In this document: positions 1 through 8,460 of the stretch, in pieces
Position numbering within the stretch: position 1 is the first letter of the stretch
Layout: each line of letters starts with the position of its first letter
DNA from: a virus
Lineage: Duplodnaviria; Heunggongvirae; Uroviricota; Caudoviricetes
Strand: one strand, 5' to 3'
IMG/VR virus record: IMGVR_UViG_2663762948_000007
Span: 1 to 32,728 of that record
Length of the DNA stretch: 32,728 bases
Program-made: the position numbers and the translations under genes
The notes under the pieces: model-generated
What the model saw: the letters and a program-made list of their open reading frames with translations, nothing else
Database searches by the model: none
What the model was told of the DNA's origin: nothing

Positions 1-480
1 TGCACGGTTATCTGCGCTTTGTTTACTGGCTATGCCTGATGGCTGCGGTGAAAGCAGCTGAATAACCCCACCGAGGACCAACGAGGCACCAGTGGCAGCA
101 GCAAACCCCGTCAATCCACCAGCAGCGAAAGCAGCGCCAATACCGCCAGAAACAAAGACTGCAGCAGTTATCAAAACTGCTCCTAATATCGTCTGAAAAA
201 GACCAGCGCGTTTACTACCGATAATTACAGGCATAATCCTTACTACATCGCCTTCAGAGGGAAAACCCATCTCATCTGCGGCAATATTTCTTTTCCCTTT
301 GAACACCGCGAAAGTTAATCCGCGACGTTTACTGCTGATCATGAAACTTTCGAAACCGGGCAATGTTTTACTTAAAGCAATAGCAGCTTCACCAGTTCGC
401 GCTATCAGTCGTTGATGGGTTCTACCGAATGTCTTTCCTAACACTCCGCCGAGCTGAATTGTTGTCATTACTTCTTTCAT
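1..480 (-). CDS. I: Tail assembly protein I (lambda gpI family), N-terminal 160 codons; C-terminus beyond window start
   Basis: Open minus-strand frame from ATG at 480 to base 1 with no stop; Gly/Ala-rich C-proximal segment typical of gpI; SD GGTGAG upstream. Confidence 0.8.
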   Translation of the reverse strand, partial: MKEVMTTIQLGGVLGKTFGRTHQRLIARTGEAAIALSKTLPGFESFMISSKRRGLTFAVFKGKRNIAADEMGFPSEGDVVRIMPVIIGSKRAGLFQTILGAVLITAAVFVSGGIGAAFAAGGLTGFAAATGASLVLGGVIQLLSPQPSGIASKQSADNRA

Positions 481-491
481 ATTCTCACCAT

Positions 492-515
492 AAAAAAACC
501 CGCCGAAGCGGGTTA
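492..515 (-). terminator. Intrinsic terminator-like hairpin after the lipoprotein gene
   Basis: Minus strand reads AACCCGC-TTCG-GCGGGTT followed by a run of 7 T, immediately 3' of the stop at 524. Confidence 0.5.
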
Positions 516-523
516 AGTCTTGG

Positions 524-865
524 TTAGATACAGCGTTCTATTACTTTAATCCGGCTGTTTATTCGATAAGCAAATAGCCCACCTTGATGACGGAATTCAA
601 TCTTGGTAATTCCGCCGTCCGATATTAAATCAGCCATCTCAAGTTGAGATTGTGTAAATACAGTTTTACCACCGTCATAAGGCTGAATAAAAACGCTTCC
701 ATATTTTTGGCTTTCTTCTTGCCAGCCAGAGAGTATGCATTCAGCTACTGCGTCAATTTGTTTCTTCGATTGAAAAGTATTTGACGCTGGTTCCTTCCGG
801 AGATCCTGCATACTCGAACAACCAGCCATGATTATCAAAGAAAGTGTCAATAATGTTTTTTTCAT
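524..865 (-). CDS. Outer-membrane lipoprotein (moron inserted between tail genes K and I)
   Basis: Start at MKKTLLTLSLIIMAGC with lipobox Cys and Ser at +2; SD AGGGGATAGGGAT; own hairpin+T-tract downstream; no counterpart between K and I in lambda. Confidence 0.6.
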   Translation of the reverse strand: MKKTLLTLSLIIMAGCSSMQDLRKEPASNTFQSKKQIDAVAECILSGWQEESQKYGSVFIQPYDGGKTVFTQSQLEMADLISDGGITKIEFRHQGGLFAYRINSRIKVIERCI

Positions 866-894
866 ATCCCTATCCCCTTTGGTTTTGCAAAAGG

Positions 895-1605
895 TTAGCA
901 CAGAGATTTGTAACGTAGAATCTTCATCGTCCTTTCCTGCCAGTAGCCACCATACGGCACGCGCTGGCTCAGATGTCCGTACAGGTGGTGCAGCAGCATG
1001 TTACCCTCCAGTAAAATCCCGGCATGATTCCACTTATCGGCCTGCACCTGCATGATGACGAGGTCCCCTTCCTGAGGCGGGCCGTCAAACTCCCTGAATC
1101 CGCATTCATACCAGCAATCCTGATAAAAATTGTCCGGATAGGCGTTTTCCCACCAGGGATAATCCACCCGGTAATCGTGGAGCTCGATACCATGCGTTTG
1201 CCGGAAATAGCTCATTACCAGCCCCCAGCAGTCGAAGTGTCCAAGCACAAACGGACGCTCCAGCAGTGGCAGTTCTCCGCGCGGCTGGATGGTGCGTAAA
1301 TCCCCCTCCGGCCAGCTCACAATATGCCAGGGTAAAAGCGTTGCGTCGCATTGCGCTTTATCCAGTTCGCTCGGCTGCGTTGTGGCGTCAGGGTGGCTGT
1401 GAACAATGGCTACCACCGTACCCCAGTCCTCAGCAGCTGCATAGTCTTCTGGCGACAGGTGAAAATGTTCTGTCGGCTCGGTAGCGAGGTTACTACATGG
1501 AAAATATTTCTCTACCCGGCTCTTTTGCGCCACCACGCCGCAACACTCACGAGGATATTCAGCTGCAGCATGCGCCATAATCGCATCGATGGTTTTCTGA
1601 CGCAT
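895..1605 (-). CDS. K: Tail assembly protein K (JAB/MPN metalloprotease + NlpC/P60 domains)
   Basis: HSHP...S..D JAMM motif, downstream Cys/His NlpC/P60 residues; SD AGGAG; sits between L and I. Confidence 0.85.
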   Translation of the reverse strand: MRQKTIDAIMAHAAAEYPRECCGVVAQKSRVEKYFPCSNLATEPTEHFHLSPEDYAAAEDWGTVVAIVHSHPDATTQPSELDKAQCDATLLPWHIVSWPEGDLRTIQPRGELPLLERPFVLGHFDCWGLVMSYFRQTHGIELHDYRVDYPWWENAYPDNFYQDCWYECGFREFDGPPQEGDLVIMQVQADKWNHAGILLEGNMLLHHLYGHLSQRVPYGGYWQERTMKILRYKSLC

Positions 1606-1606
1606 A

Positions 1607-2362
1607 TCAACTCCTGATCAGCGACGTACCCGGGAACCCACCAAACGAGAGTTCGTTGTTTTCACCGAACCGAAGTTTGCAGGCCGTCAGCGTTCCGTTG
1701 CATTCATCCAGTGACGGATCGCTTACCTGGTTGTTGTTTTTGTCGAAATAGCGCGTACCGGCATAGTCGCAGCCGTCGCCGGTTCGGTACTTGTTCCGGA
1801 TGCACCATGTGCACAGAGAATGAAGCTGGCGGGTAGGTATCATCAGCCCCTGCAGATCCATAGGGCTGGATAGTGTGAACTCAACAACTTCATTGGTTTC
1901 ACTGCTCTTTGCATCGATGTAGAAAACCTTCAGCTTCTCCTGGGTCGGATCGGCTGTCGGATTGCCTCCGGTGAAGTTTCTCGCATCGAGATACTTACCA
2001 AGGGTGTCATGTATCGTCACCTTCGCCTGCAGCATATCGTCGTAAGCCAGGCAAAGCGCGGTGATCGAACTGTCGAGGTTAGCAACCGAAAGTTTTGGCT
2101 GGGCACTACTTCCCGAGGTTGAAGCTTCGATCCCCTCAATCTGGCATGGCCACGCTTTATACTCCTCACCCTGCCACCAGATAGATTTTGCTGGCAGTTT
2201 ATTTTCATCACCGCCAGCAGCGATAATTTCGGCTTCAGAGTGCGCAAGACTGTAGCTGTGAAATCGCAGCACATCACCTGTACCAAATGCCGTGCCATCC
2301 ACTTCGAAAAGCCTGACCACATCGCCAGGTTCGAGCTTCTGAAAATCTGCGTTAAGACTCAT
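1607..2362 (-). CDS. L: Minor tail protein L
   Basis: Lambda gpL-like, including conserved Cys cluster CTWC...C..C; position between M and K. Confidence 0.9.
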   Translation of the reverse strand: MSLNADFQKLEPGDVVRLFEVDGTAFGTGDVLRFHSYSLAHSEAEIIAAGGDENKLPAKSIWWQGEEYKAWPCQIEGIEASTSGSSAQPKLSVANLDSSITALCLAYDDMLQAKVTIHDTLGKYLDARNFTGGNPTADPTQEKLKVFYIDAKSSETNEVVEFTLSSPMDLQGLMIPTRQLHSLCTWCIRNKYRTGDGCDYAGTRYFDKNNNQVSDPSLDECNGTLTACKLRFGENNELSFGGFPGTSLIRS

Positions 2363-2700
2363 GGTTTGTAGGCCTGTTCAAAAGTTGCAGAAAGATTAAA
2401 TAACCCGGCACCAAGTGGCGTTGGTGTGTAGGTGTCGCAGCGGTAAAGCCCGAGAGGCTCAAGCGGCGGGCGCCACTGAAACGCCGTCACGCCCGCATGG
2501 CGATCGAGAAAGTCTTTAATCGCCCCGATATACGTTTCGGTACCGGTAAACTGGAGAGTCCATTTCTGCGAGCGGGGATTAATCCCGTCGCCGGAAACCT
2601 GCTGATATCCGTCACCGAACTGCGCGGTGCGCCGTCGGAATGTCACTTCCTGCTCCGCGTTCGGGCGCGGACACCAGCTGAATGTTTCTATAGCCATCAC
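2359..2700 (-). CDS. M: Minor tail protein M
   Basis: About 110 aa gpM-like protein directly downstream of the tape measure gene. Confidence 0.85.
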   Translation of the reverse strand: MMAIETFSWCPRPNAEQEVTFRRRTAQFGDGYQQVSGDGINPRSQKWTLQFTGTETYIGAIKDFLDRHAGVTAFQWRPPLEPLGLYRCDTYTPTPLGAGLFNLSATFEQAYKP

Positions 2701-5117
2701 CGCCCTCCTTTTGCCAGATTCCAGACCGCGCCACCGGGTGAAAGGTCACGGCCTATCAACTCGCGGTATCGCCGATCAACAAAACTACCTACCTCCCGCC
2801 CGAATTGCTCATATCCACCGCTAGCCTGAGTCTGGGTATTCCCATTGCCATCAATCTGAATACTGACCTGAGGAGCACTACTACCACCCGGTGTTAAGCC
2901 TGAGATTCCCATAGCACGCACGCCCAGCGATCCGTCAGCGGCGCGGGTCAGTGGCATAATAGCCTCCGGCCCAGCCTCCCCCATCAATCCGGCCCCTTTG
3001 GCAAAGGCAAACAGTGTTGGAGAGCTGACGACAGAGTTACTGTACTGACTGAGATCGGCAGAAGAGTAAACGCCGCCTTTGGCGTTGAATTGCAGGCTCG
3101 CCCCGTAGGACTGAATCGCAGTACCGCTGCTGGCGGAAGACGATGCGGCACCACCGAACAATGAGCCTATCGAGCTGGCTGCATTGGCGATCATCATGTT
3201 AACCATCACCTGTTCGATGATTTTCAGAACACTGACACCCCAGTCTTTCCAGCTCGCTTTATTGCCGTTGAGCATGTCGACGATATTGCTGCTGATACCG
3301 GAAAGCGCGCTTTTCATAGCGTCCGCCGCCAGCGTCGCATAGTTAGTTGAATCATCTACCCAGTCAGCGAGACCGTCTCTGGCGCCAGTCACCCAGTCAG
3401 ACTGCAGCGCATCAATTTGACTGTAATAATCCTCCTGGATGCCCAGCCTCTCAGCTTGCGCATCCTTTAATGCCTGGGTTTCGCGGTCATAAACTGTCTG
3501 GCTGATATCTCCTGACTGATACTGCTTTTGCAGATCGCGCTGCTGATCGAGATAACTGCGCTCTATACTCAGCCTTTCCCTCAGCCTTTCACGCTGCTTG
3601 TCACCGAGTCCGGCCCCCTGAATATCCACGCCCAAATCTGCACGTGCATTCTCGTTCTGCTCCTGCAGATTTGCCACGAACGCCGCTACCTTCGCGTTTT
3701 CTTCATTAGCTTTTTTGACGGCATTAAGGCGATCAACTTCCTGAGCCAGAGACGCAAGTCGTTTCTTCTGGGTTTCGTTAAGCCCCTGCAACTTGCCGTC
3801 AGCTATATCGAACTGCAGTTTTTGCTGCTCGGTCACCACAGCAGTTTTTTTGCCGGTGGTATCGATCAGCTCAATCTGACGCATGTAACTGCGCTCAGCG
3901 CTTTTAAACGCTGAATCCAGTTTCTGACCAGAGGTATTTTTTTGCGGCTTACCGTTTGTTTCCCCGGCGCCAAGGGTATAGTTTGTTTTGACTGGCTCGG
4001 GCAGTTTTATTTCCGGTAGAGTAGATTGGGAGTTTCTCAAAAAGGCCAGTCGCCTCTGGAGCTCAGCCCTTTCGGCCTCCTTACCGGATACGTCCATACC
4101 TATTCTGTTGAAACTCGCCAGTATGCCTTTATCATCGAGATCTGCATTCAGGTTCTTGATGCGCCGTTCAATTTCTGGAATGGAGGCATTCAGGCCGACC
4201 GAACTCCCACCTTTGTACTGGTCTATCAGCTTTCCGGCCTCGGCTCCTACCCTTACCAGCCAGGTGGCAAGGTCCACTACCCCACCAACCAGATCAGTCA
4301 GACCCTGAATAACAGCCGGGTCTTTAAATACATCCCCCATATCTCCAATAGACTTCTGGAGCCCACTCAAATCTACGCTGGCGAGCCCTGCAGCAAGTTC
4401 AATTTTGACGCCGTTGACCTGCGTCTCCATATCCTCAAACAGGGCGTTGACTCTGACCAGCTTTTCAATATCTGCGTCATCGGGCGCCACACCAAACTTC
4501 TTCGCGGCATCCATATACTGACGCAGCTTTTCACTGCCATTGTCCAGGAGCGGCAGCATCTTTGACAGGTCATTACCCAGACTCTCCAGGATGGTAGTCT
4601 TCTCGGCGTTGGACTTAACTTTCTCCAGTGCGTCGCTGATAGCCAGGAGTTGCTTGTCGGGAGATTCTCCGGCCAGTTTCTTAGCCGACAAACCCAGAGC
4701 GTCCAGCGCACCGACCGCCTCACCAGATTTATTAAGAACGGCATCACCGATTTTGTCTCCGACATCTTTAAAGATATCGGCCATCTGATCGCCGGAAACA
4801 CCTGCTTTTTCTGCAGCATATTGCCAGGCTAACAGGGACTGCGTGGACATGTTAAGTGACTTTGCCCAGCGGTCTGATTCGGTAATCTGACGTGAAGTGG
4901 TTTTGAGCAGGTTATACCCCGCCACTCCGGCTCCGATGGCTGCAGCCCCGACTGCTGTTGCGAATCCGGTCATGGCAGCTGCAGCGGCAGCGGCATCCTC
5001 CTTTACCTGCTTACGCCATTTTTGTGAAGCTCGCTCAGCCTGCGAGAGGCCTGAGACAAAACCGCCCACTTTGGCAATCAGGTCGATCGTCAGCGTGCCC
5101 AGTGATTTGGAAGCCAT
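2697..5117 (-). CDS. H: Tail tape measure protein
   Basis: 806 aa, Ala/Gly-rich N-terminus, long coiled-coil middle; follows G-T. Confidence 0.9.
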   Translation of the reverse strand: MASKSLGTLTIDLIAKVGGFVSGLSQAERASQKWRKQVKEDAAAAAAAMTGFATAVGAAAIGAGVAGYNLLKTTSRQITESDRWAKSLNMSTQSLLAWQYAAEKAGVSGDQMADIFKDVGDKIGDAVLNKSGEAVGALDALGLSAKKLAGESPDKQLLAISDALEKVKSNAEKTTILESLGNDLSKMLPLLDNGSEKLRQYMDAAKKFGVAPDDADIEKLVRVNALFEDMETQVNGVKIELAAGLASVDLSGLQKSIGDMGDVFKDPAVIQGLTDLVGGVVDLATWLVRVGAEAGKLIDQYKGGSSVGLNASIPEIERRIKNLNADLDDKGILASFNRIGMDVSGKEAERAELQRRLAFLRNSQSTLPEIKLPEPVKTNYTLGAGETNGKPQKNTSGQKLDSAFKSAERSYMRQIELIDTTGKKTAVVTEQQKLQFDIADGKLQGLNETQKKRLASLAQEVDRLNAVKKANEENAKVAAFVANLQEQNENARADLGVDIQGAGLGDKQRERLRERLSIERSYLDQQRDLQKQYQSGDISQTVYDRETQALKDAQAERLGIQEDYYSQIDALQSDWVTGARDGLADWVDDSTNYATLAADAMKSALSGISSNIVDMLNGNKASWKDWGVSVLKIIEQVMVNMMIANAASSIGSLFGGAASSSASSGTAIQSYGASLQFNAKGGVYSSADLSQYSNSVVSSPTLFAFAKGAGLMGEAGPEAIMPLTRAADGSLGVRAMGISGLTPGGSSAPQVSIQIDGNGNTQTQASGGYEQFGREVGSFVDRRYRELIGRDLSPGGAVWNLAKGGR

Positions 5118-5136
5118 AAACTCTCCGTTGGCGGCA

Positions 5137-5798
5137 TTATGTCCAGCTGGCTCTGGCTTCCTCTAACGAGATTGGTCCATCAGCAGCTTTGACTTTGGTA
5201 AAGTGAAGTGTGAAATCGGTCGGGTTGAATGGTGGGCGCTTGGGGTCTCTGTTAACGTTGGCTATCATGCTGCTCACCAGCCCGGCACCCCACTCAACCC
5301 GCAACATAGGGTTCAGACTCCCGTATCGTTCCCGGTACTTTGCCCAGAGTTGGGACTCTTTGAATGAGAGGACTTCCCGCGCTTCGGCGATTGTTCTGCC
5401 TCCGATTCCGTTGAGGACGAGCTCGCACCAGAATTCGTCTTCGGCGCTGAGCTCGAAGTCTTTCCCAGATCGTTAACTTCCTGAATGGCCAGAAGCAGTG
5501 CTACCGTCAGGCCGCCATCCAGTGCACCACGTTCAGGATCTGCCTCACCAGTAATGTCAGCCGGGGTGAAGATGGGTTTACCATGTTCATCGCAGATGGA
5601 TGCGGCGATACGCCCTGCCACACCATCGACCTTACCACCAAAAGCCAGCACATCGGACGTTGCTGTGTGATAACCCATCGGGCGAACATACACGGTCGCG
5701 GTGATTTTTTTATCGCCTTGCGTCCAGGTGATTTCTTTCTCAACCGGGCGACCGGTAAACGCGCCGGACTCCTTGAGTGCATCAAGTGTTAATTTCAT
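5137..5798 (-). CDS. Tail assembly chaperone G-T fusion made by programmed -1 ribosomal frameshift
   Basis: Canonical G GGA AAG heptamer in G frame; -1 frame continues open for about 110 codons to TAA at 5137-5139, just before the H start. Confidence 0.7.
5313..5798 (-). CDS. G: Tail assembly chaperone G (zero-frame product)
   Basis: gpG-like sequence upstream of slippery site; zero frame continues 49 Ser-rich codons to stop at 5313. Confidence 0.7.
   Translation of the reverse strand: MKLTLDALKESGAFTGRPVEKEITWTQGDKKITATVYVRPMGYHTATSDVLAFGGKVDGVAGRIAASICDEHGKPIFTPADITGEADPERGALDGGLTVALLLAIQEVNDLGKTSSSAPKTNSGASSSSTESEAEQSPKRGKSSHSKSPNSGQSTGNDTGV
5460..5466 (-). other. Slippery heptamer GGGAAAG (programmed -1 frameshift site)
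   Basis: Plus strand CTTTCCC = minus GGGAAAG in X XXY YYZ register with the G frame (codons GGA AAG). Confidence 0.7.
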
Positions 5799-5836
5799 TA
5801 TTAATCCTGATTAATAAGGGCGTTGCCGCCCTGATT

Positions 5837-6337
5837 TTATGGGGTCACGACTTTTGGCACCCATACAGCAGAGCCGGAGCGCTGGATAGATGCAGAAGTA
5901 GAAACAACCGTGTTTGCTGCAAAATCAAACGGGAAGTCGGACACATAGCCTTTGAATACGAACCATGTGCGGCTATCAGGTAGCACCAGGCCATCGACTG
6001 CACCGGATGCACCATTTTCAGCCGCAGTTGGCGATGCGGTTCCGTCTGACCATCCAATCGCGAAGGTCAGGTCCTGATCCTCTTCGTCGTCCGAAATGGA
6101 CAGGTTGTAGAGCATGATGTGGCTGGTATTTTTAGGATCAGCGTTAAGCGTCAGTGATGCTGTGCCAGGCGTTCGAAGACCACGCTTATAGCTGCGATCA
6201 AAGCGTTCAGAAAGACAGGTGTCTTCAATCTGGTCAGCCGGATTGCTGCCGGGTGAAAATGCAGTGATACATTCAACTTCGCTCACCTCGCCTTTTACGA
6301 GCACAAAGAGCTGCGTACCTTGCGTCAATACAGACAT
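5837..6337 (-). CDS. Major tail protein (gpV-like, short form)
   Basis: 166 aa, position directly upstream of G/G-T; SD GGAGA. Confidence 0.7.
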   Translation of the reverse strand: MSVLTQGTQLFVLVKGEVSEVECITAFSPGSNPADQIEDTCLSERFDRSYKRGLRTPGTASLTLNADPKNTSHIMLYNLSISDDEEDQDLTFAIGWSDGTASPTAAENGASGAVDGLVLPDSRTWFVFKGYVSDFPFDFAANTVVSTSASIQRSGSAVWVPKVVTP

Positions 6338-6353
6338 TGTTATCTCCGGTCAT

Positions 6354-6375
6354 AAAAAAACCGGCTCAAGGCCGG
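6354..6375 (-). terminator. Hairpin plus U7 (intrinsic-terminator-like) just upstream of the major tail gene
   Basis: Minus strand CCGGC-CTTGA-GCCGG followed by TTTTTTT. Confidence 0.4.
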
Positions 6376-6391
6376 TGGTTGAATAATACGT

Positions 6392-6757
6392 TTATCGAGT
6401 GACTATCCAGTCAACATCGAATGAGTAGCGATAGCGCTTTGTTTCGGGGTCTCTTTCCTGTCCGCCCCAGCGCGTGATATGCGCGTGCGGCTCAATGGCA
6501 TCCCGCAGCGCAGTAGCCACGGCAATCACTTCATCCACGGTGTCGGCATATGCATCCACCTGCAGCGTGAAAAAGTCTGCGTCAGGGCGCTGGGCAATGT
6601 AGTTCTCTGGAGAACCGGTGATGTTCTGCCAGACCACATAGGGATAGACCACGTTGTCGTCCTGAATTCCGAAAGGATAAATTCTTACCGGATTGCTTCC
6701 GAGTAAGTCAGTGACTTCAGGACTCGACGCGCAAACAGAAAAAATAGGGGCAATCAT
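6392..6757 (-). CDS. Tail completion / tail terminator candidate (DUF3168-like)
   Basis: 121 aa ORF between neck genes and major tail gene; family assignment from memory. Confidence 0.45.
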   Translation of the reverse strand: MIAPIFSVCASSPEVTDLLGSNPVRIYPFGIQDDNVVYPYVVWQNITGSPENYIAQRPDADFFTLQVDAYADTVDEVIAVATALRDAIEPHAHITRWGGQERDPETKRYRYSFDVDWIVTR

Positions 6758-7296
6758 GCAGTGGTTCCTTTCTTCGTGGCCAGCCTGATAGCGCGATCAA
6801 TAGCCTTTCCCATTTCCGTAGAAAAAACATTAATCACGTCATTATCTACGCCGTTCATTGCAGGTCGGAGGATAGGCCGCGCTGATGTGTGCTCAGTACC
6901 AAACTCAAGAAAACGCCAGTACCAGGTATCTCCTCCTGGATTGCCTTTATCTCCTGAGGTTTTGTATGTTTTACCCGCTCTGCCTTTTCTGACGTTTGCC
7001 TTTGTATTTGCATACTGCCTGGCACCGCCCATTACCCCGACACGGAATGCCAGATCACCTGTCCTGCGGAATTGCTTGCTGCTGAAGCTGGCGACGATAT
7101 TTTTGTGGATTGCTTCTTTAGTCAGAGGATCATCAACTCGTGACGCGTTGCTTCTGGCCCGATCCCTTATAATGTTTGCCGCCTTACGCAATGCAAACCG
7201 ACCGGCTTTATTACGGGTGACTTCTGATACGGCCTCCATTTTCCCAAGAAGTGATTCAAGCCCGGTAAGACTTACCTCAACACTATCAGCCATCAT
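6754..7296 (-). CDS. HK97 gp10-family head-tail joining (neck) protein
   Basis: Position and recalled family signature; start with SD GAGGGTG at ATG 7296 (ORF track gives GTG at 7302). Confidence 0.55.
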   Translation of the reverse strand: MMADSVEVSLTGLESLLGKMEAVSEVTRNKAGRFALRKAANIIRDRARSNASRVDDPLTKEAIHKNIVASFSSKQFRRTGDLAFRVGVMGGARQYANTKANVRKGRAGKTYKTSGDKGNPGGDTWYWRFLEFGTEHTSARPILRPAMNGVDNDVINVFSTEMGKAIDRAIRLATKKGTTA

Positions 7297-7618
7297 TAAC
7301 ACCCTCAGAACAGGGAAGCGTCAGGTATTCACGTCCGCTTTTTGGATCGGGCAGAACACCATGGATGTTATACACAGCACCACGAAACAAGATGCGATGT
7401 TTTCTGGTAACTCCGGCACGGTAGCGAATAACAATACGGGTGGTTATTTCACCCTGAGAAGCCTGCGCAGCAATAAATTCACGTGCTGACAATGGTGAAA
7501 CTTCGGCCCAGACAGTCGCAACATCTCGCCAGGTATTAATTACGGCTCCCGTTGTCGGGTTCTGCACTTTTACTGGCTCCTGCAGAGTAATCCTGTGGCG
7601 CAATTTCCCGGCCTGCAT
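7286..7618 (-). CDS. Head-tail adaptor / head closure protein
   Basis: N-terminus MQAGKLRHRITLQ typical of phage head-tail joining family. Confidence 0.65.
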   Translation of the reverse strand: MQAGKLRHRITLQEPVKVQNPTTGAVINTWRDVATVWAEVSPLSAREFIAAQASQGEITTRIVIRYRAGVTRKHRILFRGAVYNIHGVLPDPKSGREYLTLPCSEGVNDG

Positions 7619-7619
7619 G

Positions 7620-7817
7620 TTACCCCCTGGGTTTACCGCTCAGATAGGTTTGTTGCTCTGCAGTTTCATCTAGTTCACCAGCCAGCGACTGGATAATGAT
7701 ATCGCAAAGCGCCATATTTGATTCAGCCAGACGGCTTATCGCTTCCGTCTGCTCCCTCTGCGCTGTGATTTGTTCCCGTATCACTGCTATCAGTTCGTTT
7801 ACCAGTTGCTCGTTCAT
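7620..7817 (-). CDS. Hypothetical small neck-module protein
   Basis: 65 aa ORF tightly packed between neck genes. Confidence 0.4.
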   Translation of the reverse strand: MNEQLVNELIAVIREQITAQREQTEAISRLAESNMALCDIIIQSLAGELDETAEQQTYLSGKPRG

Positions 7818-7880
7818 AAGCTATTTTTGCCCACTTTTTTATCCACTCGCGCCGTTGCGCGCATCCAGAACAAGACATAA

Positions 7881-8207
7881 TTACACCCCGTAAATTCGAT
7901 ACGGCTGCAGCAACGCTTCAACTGCAAACGGGACCTCTGCAACGGTCTGACCGACGGCAACTGATTCTCTGTTGGCATACCAGTGACCTATCAGCAATAA
8001 CATGGCCGCTTTAACATCATCATTCAGTAGAATCGGGTCCGGGTCGTCTGCGTAGCCAGGGGAGTTTTGGTTTTCATAGAGCGTTCGCCTTGTCCATGTC
8101 TGGACGTAACGCTCCGCCGCGCCGGTGTATAAAGTCAGCATGGCATCGTCTCCGGAAAAATCGGTATCAATGCGGCAGTGCTGTTTCACCACATCAAGAT
8201 CGACCAT
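7881..8207 (-). CDS. Head-tail connector protein (gp6-like)
   Basis: N-terminus DLDVVKQHCRID typical of gp6-like connector family. Confidence 0.65.
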   Translation of the reverse strand: MVDLDVVKQHCRIDTDFSGDDAMLTLYTGAAERYVQTWTRRTLYENQNSPGYADDPDPILLNDDVKAAMLLLIGHWYANRESVAVGQTVAEVPFAVEALLQPYRIYGV

Positions 8208-8407
8208 TATTTTTTCGCCTTATTTTCCGCTTTTAATTCCGGCTGTTTCTGCTGGTGTTCCTGCGTTGCAGGATTTTCTGATTCATCGAGCATCGCATAG
8301 CCTTTTTTGATGAGCTCGCGACCATGCTGTTCCAGCGTTTCGAACTCAGTACCTTCAGTAAGCACGTTGCCTTCAAAGTAGATGGGCTTGATAGCAATCA
8401 GCTTCAT
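8207..8407 (-). CDS. Hypothetical small protein after major capsid gene
   Basis: 66 aa ORF with strong SD AAGGAGAAA; acidic/lysine-rich. Confidence 0.45.
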   Translation of the reverse strand: MKLIAIKPIYFEGNVLTEGTEFETLEQHGRELIKKGYAMLDESENPATQEHQQKQPELKAENKAKK

Positions 8408-8421
8408 GACTTTCTCCTTAA

Positions 8422-8451
8422 AGAAAAAAAGAAAAGCGGCCCGCAGGCCGC
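8422..8451 (-). terminator. Intrinsic terminator-like hairpin after the major capsid gene
   Basis: Minus strand GCGGCC-TGCG-GGCCGC followed by TTTTCTTTTTTTCTTT. Confidence 0.5.
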
Positions 8452-8460
8452 CGTTAAGGA

